From Candidatus Peribacteria bacterium (GTDB lineage Bacteria > Patescibacteriota > Gracilibacteria > Peribacterales > Peribacteraceae), in NCBI GenBank assembly GCA_041691135.1, contig JBEPVF010000001.1, forward strand, positions 96,001 through 160,000: a stretch of 64,000 nt of DNA, given 5' to 3'. Positions within the stretch are counted from its first letter, which is position 1. Each line of letters opens with the position of its first letter. Shown in pieces: positions 36,365 through 44,289 of the stretch. The notes beneath the pieces are model-generated. The model searched no databases. It worked only from the letters and a program-made list of their open reading frames with translations, and had not been told where the DNA came from. The position numbers and the translations under genes are program-made.

Positions 36365-36401
36365 AAAAAAAAGAGGAGCCTACTATGGGCGCCTCTTTTT
36401 T
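36365..36401. terminator. Bidirectional terminator
   Basis: A-run, GAGG(A)GCC-tactatg-GGC(G)CCTC, T-run. Confidence 0.75.
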
Positions 36402-36417
36402 GTTGTCGAGAATAGTT

Positions 36418-38082
36418 TTAATGTCCTGCGACGGCGGTCGCTTTTTCCTGCTGCTCCAGTTTTCGATTGGGCAGACTGAATGCAGTAAGGAATCCGAGGA
36501 ATGAAAACAGGGCTGTATAGAGCAACGATTGACGATTTCCTTCCGTCATCGAATCCTTCATGATGGTTTGAATCTCCTGCGTAACGGCAGGCGACAGGTT
36601 TGGATTGCCGGCAAGCTCCGAAAAGTTGAGATCCGCGGCGCTCTGCGTGAGCGTCGTCGTCAGTTCGGGACGAAGATCAGCCGGAATATCCGGACTTGCT
36701 GCCACACTACTTTGCACATTCGTTGCAATTACGGTGAGCAGCACCGAACCGATAATGGCCGAGCCAAGTGATTGACCGATTTGTCGCAGTGTATTGTTGA
36801 TACCCGATGCCTCGCCGGCTTCGCGGACCGGAACTGCGGATAGCGAAAGGTTACTGATCTGTGCCATTACGAATCCCATCCCCAAGCCGTACAGACCCAG
36901 ACCCGGTGCCAGTTGCCACGGAGTCGTATCGGGGTTGAGCGTCCAGTACAACACAAGAATCGCGACAAAATTGATGAACAGTCCGATCTGCACCAGGCGC
37001 TTGGCAGTGGTGTAGCGAGTAAGTACGCCCGAGAGCGGCGCTACGATGAGCATAACCAATGAGAGCGGCAAAAGAGCGAGACCCGTGTGGAGCGCGTCGA
37101 GACCGCGCACTCCCTGCAGAAAGACCGGTATGGCAAAAATAATGCCGGACTGACCGATCGAAATAATGCCCGTCGTGATCACGCCAGATGTGAATTGATG
37201 ATTGCGAAAAATGCCCAGTGAGACGAGCGGCGTTTTGTCGGCACGTTCGCGGCGTAGCTCCCACAGTCCGAAAAGGAGGAGAAAAATTGCGCCCAGTACG
37301 AGTGAAAAAGGGACGACCGACAGAGCACCTAAAGGCAGTGTCCAGCCGCCAATAGCAAATGATTGTTTGGCAAAGAACCAGCCGTAGGTGGATGCTTCGA
37401 TAATTCCGAAAATAATTGCCGTGAGGCCGATGGCAGATAGAATCACGCCGAACACATCGAGCGATGGTCGTCGGGAATCATCGCGTGAATCGCGCACCAA
37501 CACAGAGCCGATAACCAAAATCGCCGCCACAAATACATTGATTCGAAATCCCCAGCGCCAGCTGAAGTTGGAGGTGAGGTACCCGCCCAAAATCGGTCCG
37601 ATCGCCGATGACGCTCCGGCGAGTCCGCCCCACACGCCAAAAGCGATGGCACGCTCGCGCCCGTAAAAGTTTGCCACCAGAAGCGATGCGGTTGCCGGCA
37701 TCATCAGAGCCGCGCCGATGCCTTCGATAAACGATTCGCCAAGCAAAAGCATGCCGACCGAATGACTGATCGAAGCGATGAACGAGCCGATTGCAAAAAT
37801 AATCGCACCGAGGACGAACATGCGCTTTCGGCCGAACAGATCGCCCAATCGTCCGCCGGTAATCGTCAATGCCGCGAGGGTGAGTGCGTAGGCCGAAATA
37901 ACCCATTGCAACTTATGAATGTCCGTATGAAGTTCTTCGATGATCGTACGCAGCGAAACATTGAGCAACGTGGTGTCGATGATAATGATCGACAATGCCA
38001 AGCCGAGCACGACGAGGCTCATCCATTTGCTGAGCGGTGACTGCGGCGGAAGGATTTCTTGAGGGGTATCAGTAGCAGGCAC
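36418..38082 (-). CDS. MFS drug:H+ antiporter, DHA2 (EmrB/QacA-like)
   Basis: D.TLLNV, GRLGDLFGRKR, GPILGG, WRWGFRINV; about 14 TM helices. Confidence 0.93.
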   Translation of the reverse strand: MPATDTPQEILPPQSPLSKWMSLVVLGLALSIIIIDTTLLNVSLRTIIEELHTDIHKLQWVISAYALTLAALTITGGRLGDLFGRKRMFVLGAIIFAIGSFIASISHSVGMLLLGESFIEGIGAALMMPATASLLVANFYGRERAIAFGVWGGLAGASSAIGPILGGYLTSNFSWRWGFRINVFVAAILVIGSVLVRDSRDDSRRPSLDVFGVILSAIGLTAIIFGIIEASTYGWFFAKQSFAIGGWTLPLGALSVVPFSLVLGAIFLLLFGLWELRRERADKTPLVSLGIFRNHQFTSGVITTGIISIGQSGIIFAIPVFLQGVRGLDALHTGLALLPLSLVMLIVAPLSGVLTRYTTAKRLVQIGLFINFVAILVLYWTLNPDTTPWQLAPGLGLYGLGMGFVMAQISNLSLSAVPVREAGEASGINNTLRQIGQSLGSAIIGSVLLTVIATNVQSSVAASPDIPADLRPELTTTLTQSAADLNFSELAGNPNLSPAVTQEIQTIMKDSMTEGNRQSLLYTALFSFLGFLTAFSLPNRKLEQQEKATAVAGH

Positions 38083-38175
38083 ACGTGTGAGAGGAAGGAA
38101 ATAAGCTTTGATTCTTTAATTGTTAGGGTGTCTAACTATAGAGGACGTTCCAGATGCATGCAACTGTCAGAAAAT

Positions 38176-38205
38176 AAAAATCCGCCTGGGAAGGCGGATT
38201 TTTTT
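38176..38205. terminator. Bidirectional terminator
   Basis: AAAAATCCGCCT-ggga-AGGCGGATTTTT. Confidence 0.85.
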
Positions 38206-38222
38206 AATCGAAAAGAAACGAA

Positions 38223-39296
38223 TTAGCGTACAGAATGCTGGTGACGTGAATCACAGTAGTCATCGTAGTTCACACGCAGGTAGGTGTTGTAGTAGGTGCA
38301 AATATCACCGCCTGTCGTCGTACCAACGGTCGTTGTCTTGGAGGCATTGTATCCATTCGCATTGGCCTGGAAGTACAGAGACGAACCAAGAGAAGCGTTG
38401 GAACTTACGCGAACTTGTAAAGTGACTTGCTTGGAGCTGTACTGATTGATGCGGAGATTATTCCACTGAACGACATTAGAACCGATGGATGTTGCGCCGT
38501 CGGAAGCTGCAACGAAGGTGGTATTTGGATCAAGCGTGGCGTAAATGTTGGTCGTCGCATCGTAGTTGGCATTGCTGTTCAGATTCAGGATATAGGTCAA
38601 CGTGCCGCCCTGCTGCACCGTGTCACTGGACGTGGTGACGTTCATCGTCACCGTATTGCTTCCATTGTTGTTATTGCAGTTGGTGGTGGACGAATAACCG
38701 TTGTTGCAGCAATTGGTGCCATTATAATAACTGCTGCTATTGCCATTATTATAGTTGTTATTGCAATTGATGTCGCTCACGTAGACGTTTGCGGAATCGC
38801 TATCGTTGCCGGCATCCACTTGTACTTTAAGCGAACGGCCGCTTGGCACATTGGTTTTGACACGTGCACGGAACGTAAGCGTCAATGTGTCGTTGGCACT
38901 GATGTCTACGCTGTCCCAATCGATTTCGCTGCTGGAGACATCATCGCCGCTATCCGATGCCGAAACGAAGGTGAGATAGCGATCCAATGTAGCGACGACA
39001 TCGACCTGTGCATCTACATCATTGTCGTTCGTGATCTTGATTTTGAAGCTGACCGTGTCGCCAGGCAGTACATCCGAACTATTGTTCGTTATACGAACCG
39101 ACACATCTTGGGTCTTTTTCTTCTTGGTCGTCGTTTTGGTCGTAGTCGACGAGGACGATTGCGTACAAATCATATTGGTACACAAACCGCCGGAAGAGTT
39201 CAGACACTTACATGTCTCCGCAGCCTGCGCAGCGGGAATAAAAAGGGCTGCCATCGTGACAACCGAGACGATCGTGAGGGGGGAGAGGTGCTTCAT
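38223..39296 (-). CDS. Secreted protein with two DUF11-like Ig domains and an Asn/Cys-rich linker
   Basis: Signal peptide (AAQA); PGDTVSF.I.I.N...LTFVSASD.G repeated; TTGACT-N17-TACTCT promoter. Confidence 0.8.
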   Translation of the reverse strand: MKHLSPLTIVSVVTMAALFIPAAQAAETCKCLNSSGGLCTNMICTQSSSSTTTKTTTKKKKTQDVSVRITNNSSDVLPGDTVSFKIKITNDNDVDAQVDVVATLDRYLTFVSASDSGDDVSSSEIDWDSVDISANDTLTLTFRARVKTNVPSGRSLKVQVDAGNDSDSANVYVSDINCNNNYNNGNSSSYYNGTNCCNNGYSSTTNCNNNNGSNTVTMNVTTSSDTVQQGGTLTYILNLNSNANYDATTNIYATLDPNTTFVAASDGATSIGSNVVQWNNLRINQYSSKQVTLQVRVSSNASLGSSLYFQANANGYNASKTTTVGTTTGGDICTYYNTYLRVNYDDYCDSRHQHSVR

Positions 39297-39494
39297 AGTA
39301 ATGAGAGAGTAAGGAGTTATGGCAACATAGTCAAGTGATTTTGACAAGCACGCAATCTGTGTTCCTAATAGTAAAAATAACTCTTTGAAGCATCTGATAT
39401 CTGTTAATGGTCACTTTTCCCCACTACATGCGAAAAACTGTAGAGCGGTACGATTCAAAATTGACATAAATCAGTAAACACCAGATAGTTATCT

Positions 39495-39634
39495 GGCCTC
39501 AACGATTTTTTTCTCATGTGAGAATCCGTTGGTAAGGCACCTGATATGGTCCGGTTCCAAAACTGGATCTCCTGACCAGGCACGAACGTCAGGAACCGGG
39601 GGCAGCATTACAGCTCACGCTGCCCCCATTTTTT
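39495..39634 (+). ncRNA. Candidate structured small RNA (unassigned)
   Basis: TTGACA at 39461; two stem domains; terminator GGGGGCAGC..GCTGCCCCC-ATTTTTT; no convincing ORF. Confidence 0.45.
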
Positions 39635-39716
39635 AGGAATCAAAATGGCTAGTAATACGTGGCCCGAGCGTCATAGAGCGAGGATCATGAGCGAGGCATC
39701 AGGGGGCGGAGTCGAA

Positions 39717-39793
39717 TGGTACCCCGGACAGGAGTCGAACCTGTGACCTCGACCTTAGAAGGGTCTTGCTCTATCCAACTGAGCTACCGGGGC
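39717..39793 (-). tRNA. tRNA-Arg(TCT)
   Basis: GCCCCGG..., GACC-CTTCTAA-GGTC, GTTCGACTCC, CCA. Confidence 0.93.
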
Positions 39794-39877
39794 ATACGAG
39801 AAGTATGGAGGAAGATAGGTGAATTATGAAGTGCATCCAAATAGTAGGATTATGCAGTATCTGCTACGCTTTGATGG

Positions 39878-40375
39878 ATGACTGATCCGCACAAACCATC
39901 ACCTGCCGTGGAGAACGTGCGAAGTCCGGATGATGTGCGCGAAAACAAAGACATTGCAGCGCTCAGCTACGTGTCTGTGTTATCGGTGATCATTTTCCTC
40001 CTGCGTCGTGATTCACCTTTCGTTCGGTTCCACAGCCGACAGGCAGTGATTCTTTTTCTGATCTCTCTTCCTTTATGGTTCATTCCGCTGGTGGGTCGTT
40101 TTCTGGAGCTCTTCGTGCTGGCGGGCATGGTAATCGGCTTTATCGGCGCTGCGCAGGGCGAATGGAATGATGTGGCGTTTATCGGACCGCTCTCGCGACG
40201 GGAGATGACGCTCCGCGAGGCGTGGCGACAAATGGTGAATACGGTCGCGAAGCTGGCGCGGGAATTGGGCCGATTGGTTCACGAAGACCGTGTGGGCAAA
40301 GCCAAGCGCGAGCAGTATGCTGGCAAAGATCCGGCTGCTTCGCATCAAGCCGACTCATCTCCTCCCACAACCTAA
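39878..40375 (+). CDS. DUF4870-like membrane protein
   Basis: AALSY, FVRFH.RQ, GFIGAAQGE. Confidence 0.7.
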   Translation: MTDPHKPSPAVENVRSPDDVRENKDIAALSYVSVLSVIIFLLRRDSPFVRFHSRQAVILFLISLPLWFIPLVGRFLELFVLAGMVIGFIGAAQGEWNDVAFIGPLSRREMTLREAWRQMVNTVAKLARELGRLVHEDRVGKAKREQYAGKDPAASHQADSSPPTT

Positions 40376-40379
40376 TACT

Positions 40380-41087
40380 ATGACCTACAAGCGCATCATG
40401 CTCAAACTCTCGGGCGAAGTGTTTTCCGGGGATCATGAGTATGGTATCGATCGACCAACACTCGAACACATCGGTTCGCAGATCGCCGAGGTCGCCGCGC
40501 TGGGGCTGGAAATTGTGATTGTCGTGGGTGGCGGTAATATTTGGCGCTACCGCGATACCAAGGAGAGCGGAATCGAGCGGACGGCAAGTGATGCGATGGG
40601 CATGTTGGCAACGGTGATGAACAGCGTGGCTCTTCAGTCGGCTCTGGAGGAACAGAACTGCGAGACACGCGTGATGTCCGCTATCGATATTCCCCAACTG
40701 GCAGAGCCGTTCATCAAGCGGCGCGCTCTGCGACACGTAGAAAAAGGTCGTATCGTCATTTGCGGAGGCGGAACAGGCAATCCGTACTTCACCACCGACA
40801 GCGCCGCTGCATTGCGCGCACTCGAAATGAGTTGTGATGTTCTGCTTAAGGCCACCAATGTGGATGGGATCTACGACAAAGATCCGAACAAGCATAAAGA
40901 TGCAGTGCGCTTCGAGACGCTCACCTATCAACAAGCTCTCGAGAAACATCTGGCTATCATGGATCAGGCCGCCTTCAGTTTGTGTCAAGAACAAGGTTTG
41001 CCGATCATCGTGTTCGACTTCAACCAGACCGGTGCTTTGCTCAAGGCCGCACGCGGTGAAAAAATTGGTACGCTCGTCCGTTCCTAA
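40380..41087 (+). CDS. pyrH: Uridylate kinase
   Basis: KLSGE, GGGNIWR, GTGNPYFTTDS, VDGIYDKDP. Confidence 0.97.
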   Translation: MTYKRIMLKLSGEVFSGDHEYGIDRPTLEHIGSQIAEVAALGLEIVIVVGGGNIWRYRDTKESGIERTASDAMGMLATVMNSVALQSALEEQNCETRVMSAIDIPQLAEPFIKRRALRHVEKGRIVICGGGTGNPYFTTDSAAALRALEMSCDVLLKATNVDGIYDKDPNKHKDAVRFETLTYQQALEKHLAIMDQAAFSLCQEQGLPIIVFDFNQTGALLKAARGEKIGTLVRS

Positions 41088-41105
41088 TTTATTCCTCCTT
41101 CTCCT

Positions 41106-41645
41106 ATGGATCCCAAGATCGCTTCATTCCATGCCGGTGTCGAAAAAGTTCTGGCCCACCTTCACAATGAGTTCGCCAAACTGCAGACCGGTCGAGCGAG
41201 CGGTGCCTTGGTCGAGCATATCGAAGTCGAAGCATACGGACAGCGTCAGCCTCTTAAAGCCGTTGCGGGGATCTCGGTTCCCGATGCGCGCACCATCACG
41301 ATCCAGCCGTGGGACCGCAGCATCATCAATGATATTGATAAGGCATTACAGCAGGCCAACTTGGGCATGAACCCGACGAACGACGGCGTGTACATCCGCA
41401 TTTCATTGCCACCTATGACCGAGGAGCGACGCATTCAACTGACAAAAATCGTCAACAAGCTTGCCGAAGAAGCTCGCATCTCGATCCGCAAATCACGCCA
41501 AGACAGCCATGATGGCATCAAGCAGGAAAAGGATGAGGACGTGAAGGAGACGCTGCTCGAGGAACTGCAAAAGGCAGTCGACGACTCGAACGAGAAAGTG
41601 GCCCAGGCAGCGACGAAGAAGGAGGAAGAAGTGATGAAGGTTTAG
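41106..41645 (+). CDS. frr: Ribosome recycling factor
   Basis: TGRA, IQPWD, NPTNDG, PPMTEERR, KKEEEVM. Confidence 0.97.
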   Translation: MDPKIASFHAGVEKVLAHLHNEFAKLQTGRASGALVEHIEVEAYGQRQPLKAVAGISVPDARTITIQPWDRSIINDIDKALQQANLGMNPTNDGVYIRISLPPMTEERRIQLTKIVNKLAEEARISIRKSRQDSHDGIKQEKDEDVKETLLEELQKAVDDSNEKVAQAATKKEEEVMKV

Positions 41646-41676
41646 CTCTAAGCCAATGATCGCTACATGAGCATGT

Positions 41677-41745
41677 AGAAGATATTCAGCATGGCGCTGT
41701 CGCTTTCTCCGCCGTTAGTGCAACCTGTCCGATTCATCGTGCGCT
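41677..41745 (+). repeat. Dispersed intergenic repeat, copy B
   Basis: Homologous to 26802-26869. Confidence 0.75.
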
Positions 41746-41754
41746 CTTGCCGTA

Positions 41755-41813
41755 CCCCATCCGCCCTCTGGGGCACCTTCCCCGGCCCGCCCGTGTGCCG
41801 ACACGGGGAAGGG
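41755..41813. repeat. REP-like palindromic element
   Basis: CCCCATCCGCCCTCTGGGGCA followed by a CCTTCCCC...GGGGAAGG hairpin. Confidence 0.5.
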
Positions 41814-41906
41814 CCAAAGAGCCATTGGAAATAAGGAAGTTGGACTACAGCCCGCGGGTGGCAAGACAGCTCTTTCTCCCTCCTCGTTTTTAAGTACACT
41901 ACGATC

Positions 41907-43163
41907 ATGAAAAAGCCCACGATCGCCGTCATTTCCTTTCCGGGCAACAACTGCGAAGTCGAATCGATGCGCGCCGTTCGTGAGGCGGGCATGACGCCGG
42001 TGTTTTTTCGATGGAACGATGATCGGGCAAAATTACAAGATGTCGACGGATATTTTTTGGTCGGAGGTTTCAGTTATGAGGACCGTGGACGCTCCGGAAT
42101 GGTAGCGGGTCGCGATTCGCTGATGGACTTTATCGGTCGGGAATCGGAAGCCGGAAAAGTCGTGATAGGGAACTGCAATGGCGCGCAAATATTGGTGGAG
42201 AGCGGATTGATTCCGCTGGGAGGCGATTTGCAAATGAGCCTGGCGCGCAATGCGATTGCCGAAGGCAACGGTTTTCATGCTACCGGTTTTTTGAGCGAAT
42301 GGATTTGGATGACACCGACCTGCGATAAAGACCGCTGCGCTACGAGCGCTTGGGAAGGGGCCATGCATCTGCCAATTGCGCATGGTGAGGGACGGTTTAC
42401 AACCAAAGACAAGGATCTGATTGCCGAGCTGCGCCAAAACAATCAGATCGCATTCTCCTATTGCGATGAGAAGGGAAAGGTCTCCGTGGATCCGATGATT
42501 ACGCCCAATGGTTCCCATTATGCGATTGCCGGTATTTGTAACGCACAGGGAAATGTCATTGCCATCATGCCGCATCCGGAAAGGACACCCCATGGTGCAG
42601 CGTATTTTTCATCGCTCAAAAACTGGATCGAGAGCGGAAAAAAAACAGCCAGTATCCCTGTGACGAAGCACGCAACTCCGCATAACGTGCCGAAGCGAAA
42701 AGGCGACGGCCTCGAAATTTTTATCGAATCCATCATCGTGAATAACGAAGAACGCACGGTGGAAGCGGTGGCGCGCAAATATGCGCCGCACTTACAGCTG
42801 AAGCAATACAGGTATTTTTCGCTGTCACATCAAAACCCTCGCGCGGTCTTGGACGATCTCACCTTGTTCAACGCGAATAAAGAACGCGCAGTTATCCGCC
42901 AGAATGGAAAATTAATGGGATGGGATGCTTCTAGAAAAGAAGCAACGCAGCTTGCCGAACAAAAGGCCGAGCAATTTTCGCAGGGCACCTTGTATCTTCG
43001 TCGTGATGAACCCGATACCGGCGCAACGTCTCTTGGGGAAGGCAGCATGACCGGTGTTTGCTATGCGGTTGGAGGACAGCTGGACGAGCAGGCATTGTCT
43101 CAGTCATTGCTGCTGACAGTCTTTTACAACCCGCATGCCAGCACGCTGGAACTTCTCTCCTAA
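41907..43163 (+). CDS. purQ: FGAM synthase glutaminase subunit PurQ with ~170-aa C-terminal extension (probably two PurS-like domains)
   Basis: FPGNNC, GGFSYED, GNCNG.Q, PIAHGEG, NGS, MPHPER. Confidence 0.9.
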   Translation: MKKPTIAVISFPGNNCEVESMRAVREAGMTPVFFRWNDDRAKLQDVDGYFLVGGFSYEDRGRSGMVAGRDSLMDFIGRESEAGKVVIGNCNGAQILVESGLIPLGGDLQMSLARNAIAEGNGFHATGFLSEWIWMTPTCDKDRCATSAWEGAMHLPIAHGEGRFTTKDKDLIAELRQNNQIAFSYCDEKGKVSVDPMITPNGSHYAIAGICNAQGNVIAIMPHPERTPHGAAYFSSLKNWIESGKKTASIPVTKHATPHNVPKRKGDGLEIFIESIIVNNEERTVEAVARKYAPHLQLKQYRYFSLSHQNPRAVLDDLTLFNANKERAVIRQNGKLMGWDASRKEATQLAEQKAEQFSQGTLYLRRDEPDTGATSLGEGSMTGVCYAVGGQLDEQALSQSLLLTVFYNPHASTLELLS

Positions 43164-43165
43164 GT

Positions 43166-43633
43166 ATGGAACGCTCCATTCGGTTGCTCGCTTATAATGT
43201 CCGTTCGCTCTGGAATGTAGGAGCCTTTTTCCGGACGGCCGATGCGTTTGCCGTCGAGCATATTTATCTGACGGGCTACACCGGGCATCCGCCGCGCAAG
43301 GAAATTACGAAAACCGCGCTGGGTGCCGAAGAATTTATTCCATGGGAGCATGCAGTCGATCCGCTGCCGATCGTGCAGCAACTGAAGCAGGAAGGATGGA
43401 CGATCGCATCACTGGAACTGACCGATACCGCCATCGCACTCGAAGAGTATGATCCTCTGGACAAAGTCTGCCTCGTTGTCGGTCATGAGCTCGATGGTGT
43501 GCCCGAATCATTGATGGAATTGTCCGATGTGATTCTGAAGATTCCGATGCTCGGACAAAAAGAATCGCTCAATGTATCAGTGGCGACCGGTATCGCACTG
43601 CATCACTTACGCGTTGCGGGGAAGCCGCTGTGA
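43166..43633 (+). CDS. SpoU/TrmH-family RNA methyltransferase
   Basis: NVGAFFRTADA, GHE..G, IPM.G..ESLNVSVA. Confidence 0.92.
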   Translation: MERSIRLLAYNVRSLWNVGAFFRTADAFAVEHIYLTGYTGHPPRKEITKTALGAEEFIPWEHAVDPLPIVQQLKQEGWTIASLELTDTAIALEEYDPLDKVCLVVGHELDGVPESLMELSDVILKIPMLGQKESLNVSVATGIALHHLRVAGKPL

Positions 43634-44217
43634 AGATAGCGATACAACCAGGCGGCTGCGACAGCACCCACGATCGGCGCCAGAAGATACGGTACGGAGA
43701 AGAGTCCCAGTCCCAATGCGACCGCAGGGTTCAGCACGGCGTTGGAGAAGGACGCAGCGACATAAATACCGAGAAGCAACGATCCACCGACCACCAATCC
43801 GGCTGGAGCGCCTTCGGCACGCTTATGGACGACTGAGTTTACGCCGAAACTGAGCAGGAAAGCGCCGAGAATTTCGCCGATATACGGCTGGTATCCGGGA
43901 GTCGTTTGAATGCTTGCGAGAGCGCCGAAGACGGCTGTACCAAGGGCCGACGCCAAGATTGCGCCAATGAACTGTGCCACGATATACATGACCGCCTCGC
44001 GGTAGTGCATCTTTCCGATGCTCCAGAGTCCGATGGTCACGCCAGGATTGAGTTGCGCACCGCTGAACGTGCCAATTGTATACACGAAAATGCCGAGTGT
44101 AAGTGCGGCTCCTATCGGTGTGGAGTATGGAACAGGATGTGCGAGCGACAGCCAGACGACCAGTGTAAGCGTAAAGGCGCCAATTGCTTCGGCGAGCAGA
44201 CGGGGGAAGGTGGACAT
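43603..44217 (-). CDS. Aquaporin/MIP channel
   Basis: AEAIGAF, SGAQLNPGVT, GEILGAF, LNPAV, APIVGA. Confidence 0.9.
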   Translation of the reverse strand: MSTFPRLLAEAIGAFTLTLVVWLSLAHPVPYSTPIGAALTLGIFVYTIGTFSGAQLNPGVTIGLWSIGKMHYREAVMYIVAQFIGAILASALGTAVFGALASIQTTPGYQPYIGEILGAFLLSFGVNSVVHKRAEGAPAGLVVGGSLLLGIYVAASFSNAVLNPAVALGLGLFSVPYLLAPIVGAVAAAWLYRYLHSGFPATRK

Positions 44218-44289
44218 GAGGGGAGAGGAAAGAAAAAAGTCACCATAAAATATACTCTACGACGAGCCCGTCGTCTCTAGTCATTCCTG

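Noticed and set aside
38427-39338. 303-aa Ile/Val-rich plus-strand ORF
   Set aside because: Antisense shadow of the Asn/Thr-rich DUF11 gene.
39585-39610. SRP (4.5S) RNA suggested by GTCAGG...GCAGC
   Set aside because: It lacks the CAGG-UCC-GNRA-GGA-AGCA helix-8 geometry. The GGAAGCAG at 55538 is also on the wrong arm of its hairpin.
41650-41900. Known purine, ZTP or PRPP riboswitch upstream of purQ
   Set aside because: I could not find their consensus cores by eye, and purQ has its own -10 box 6 nt before the ATG. A cmscan is needed for a final answer.
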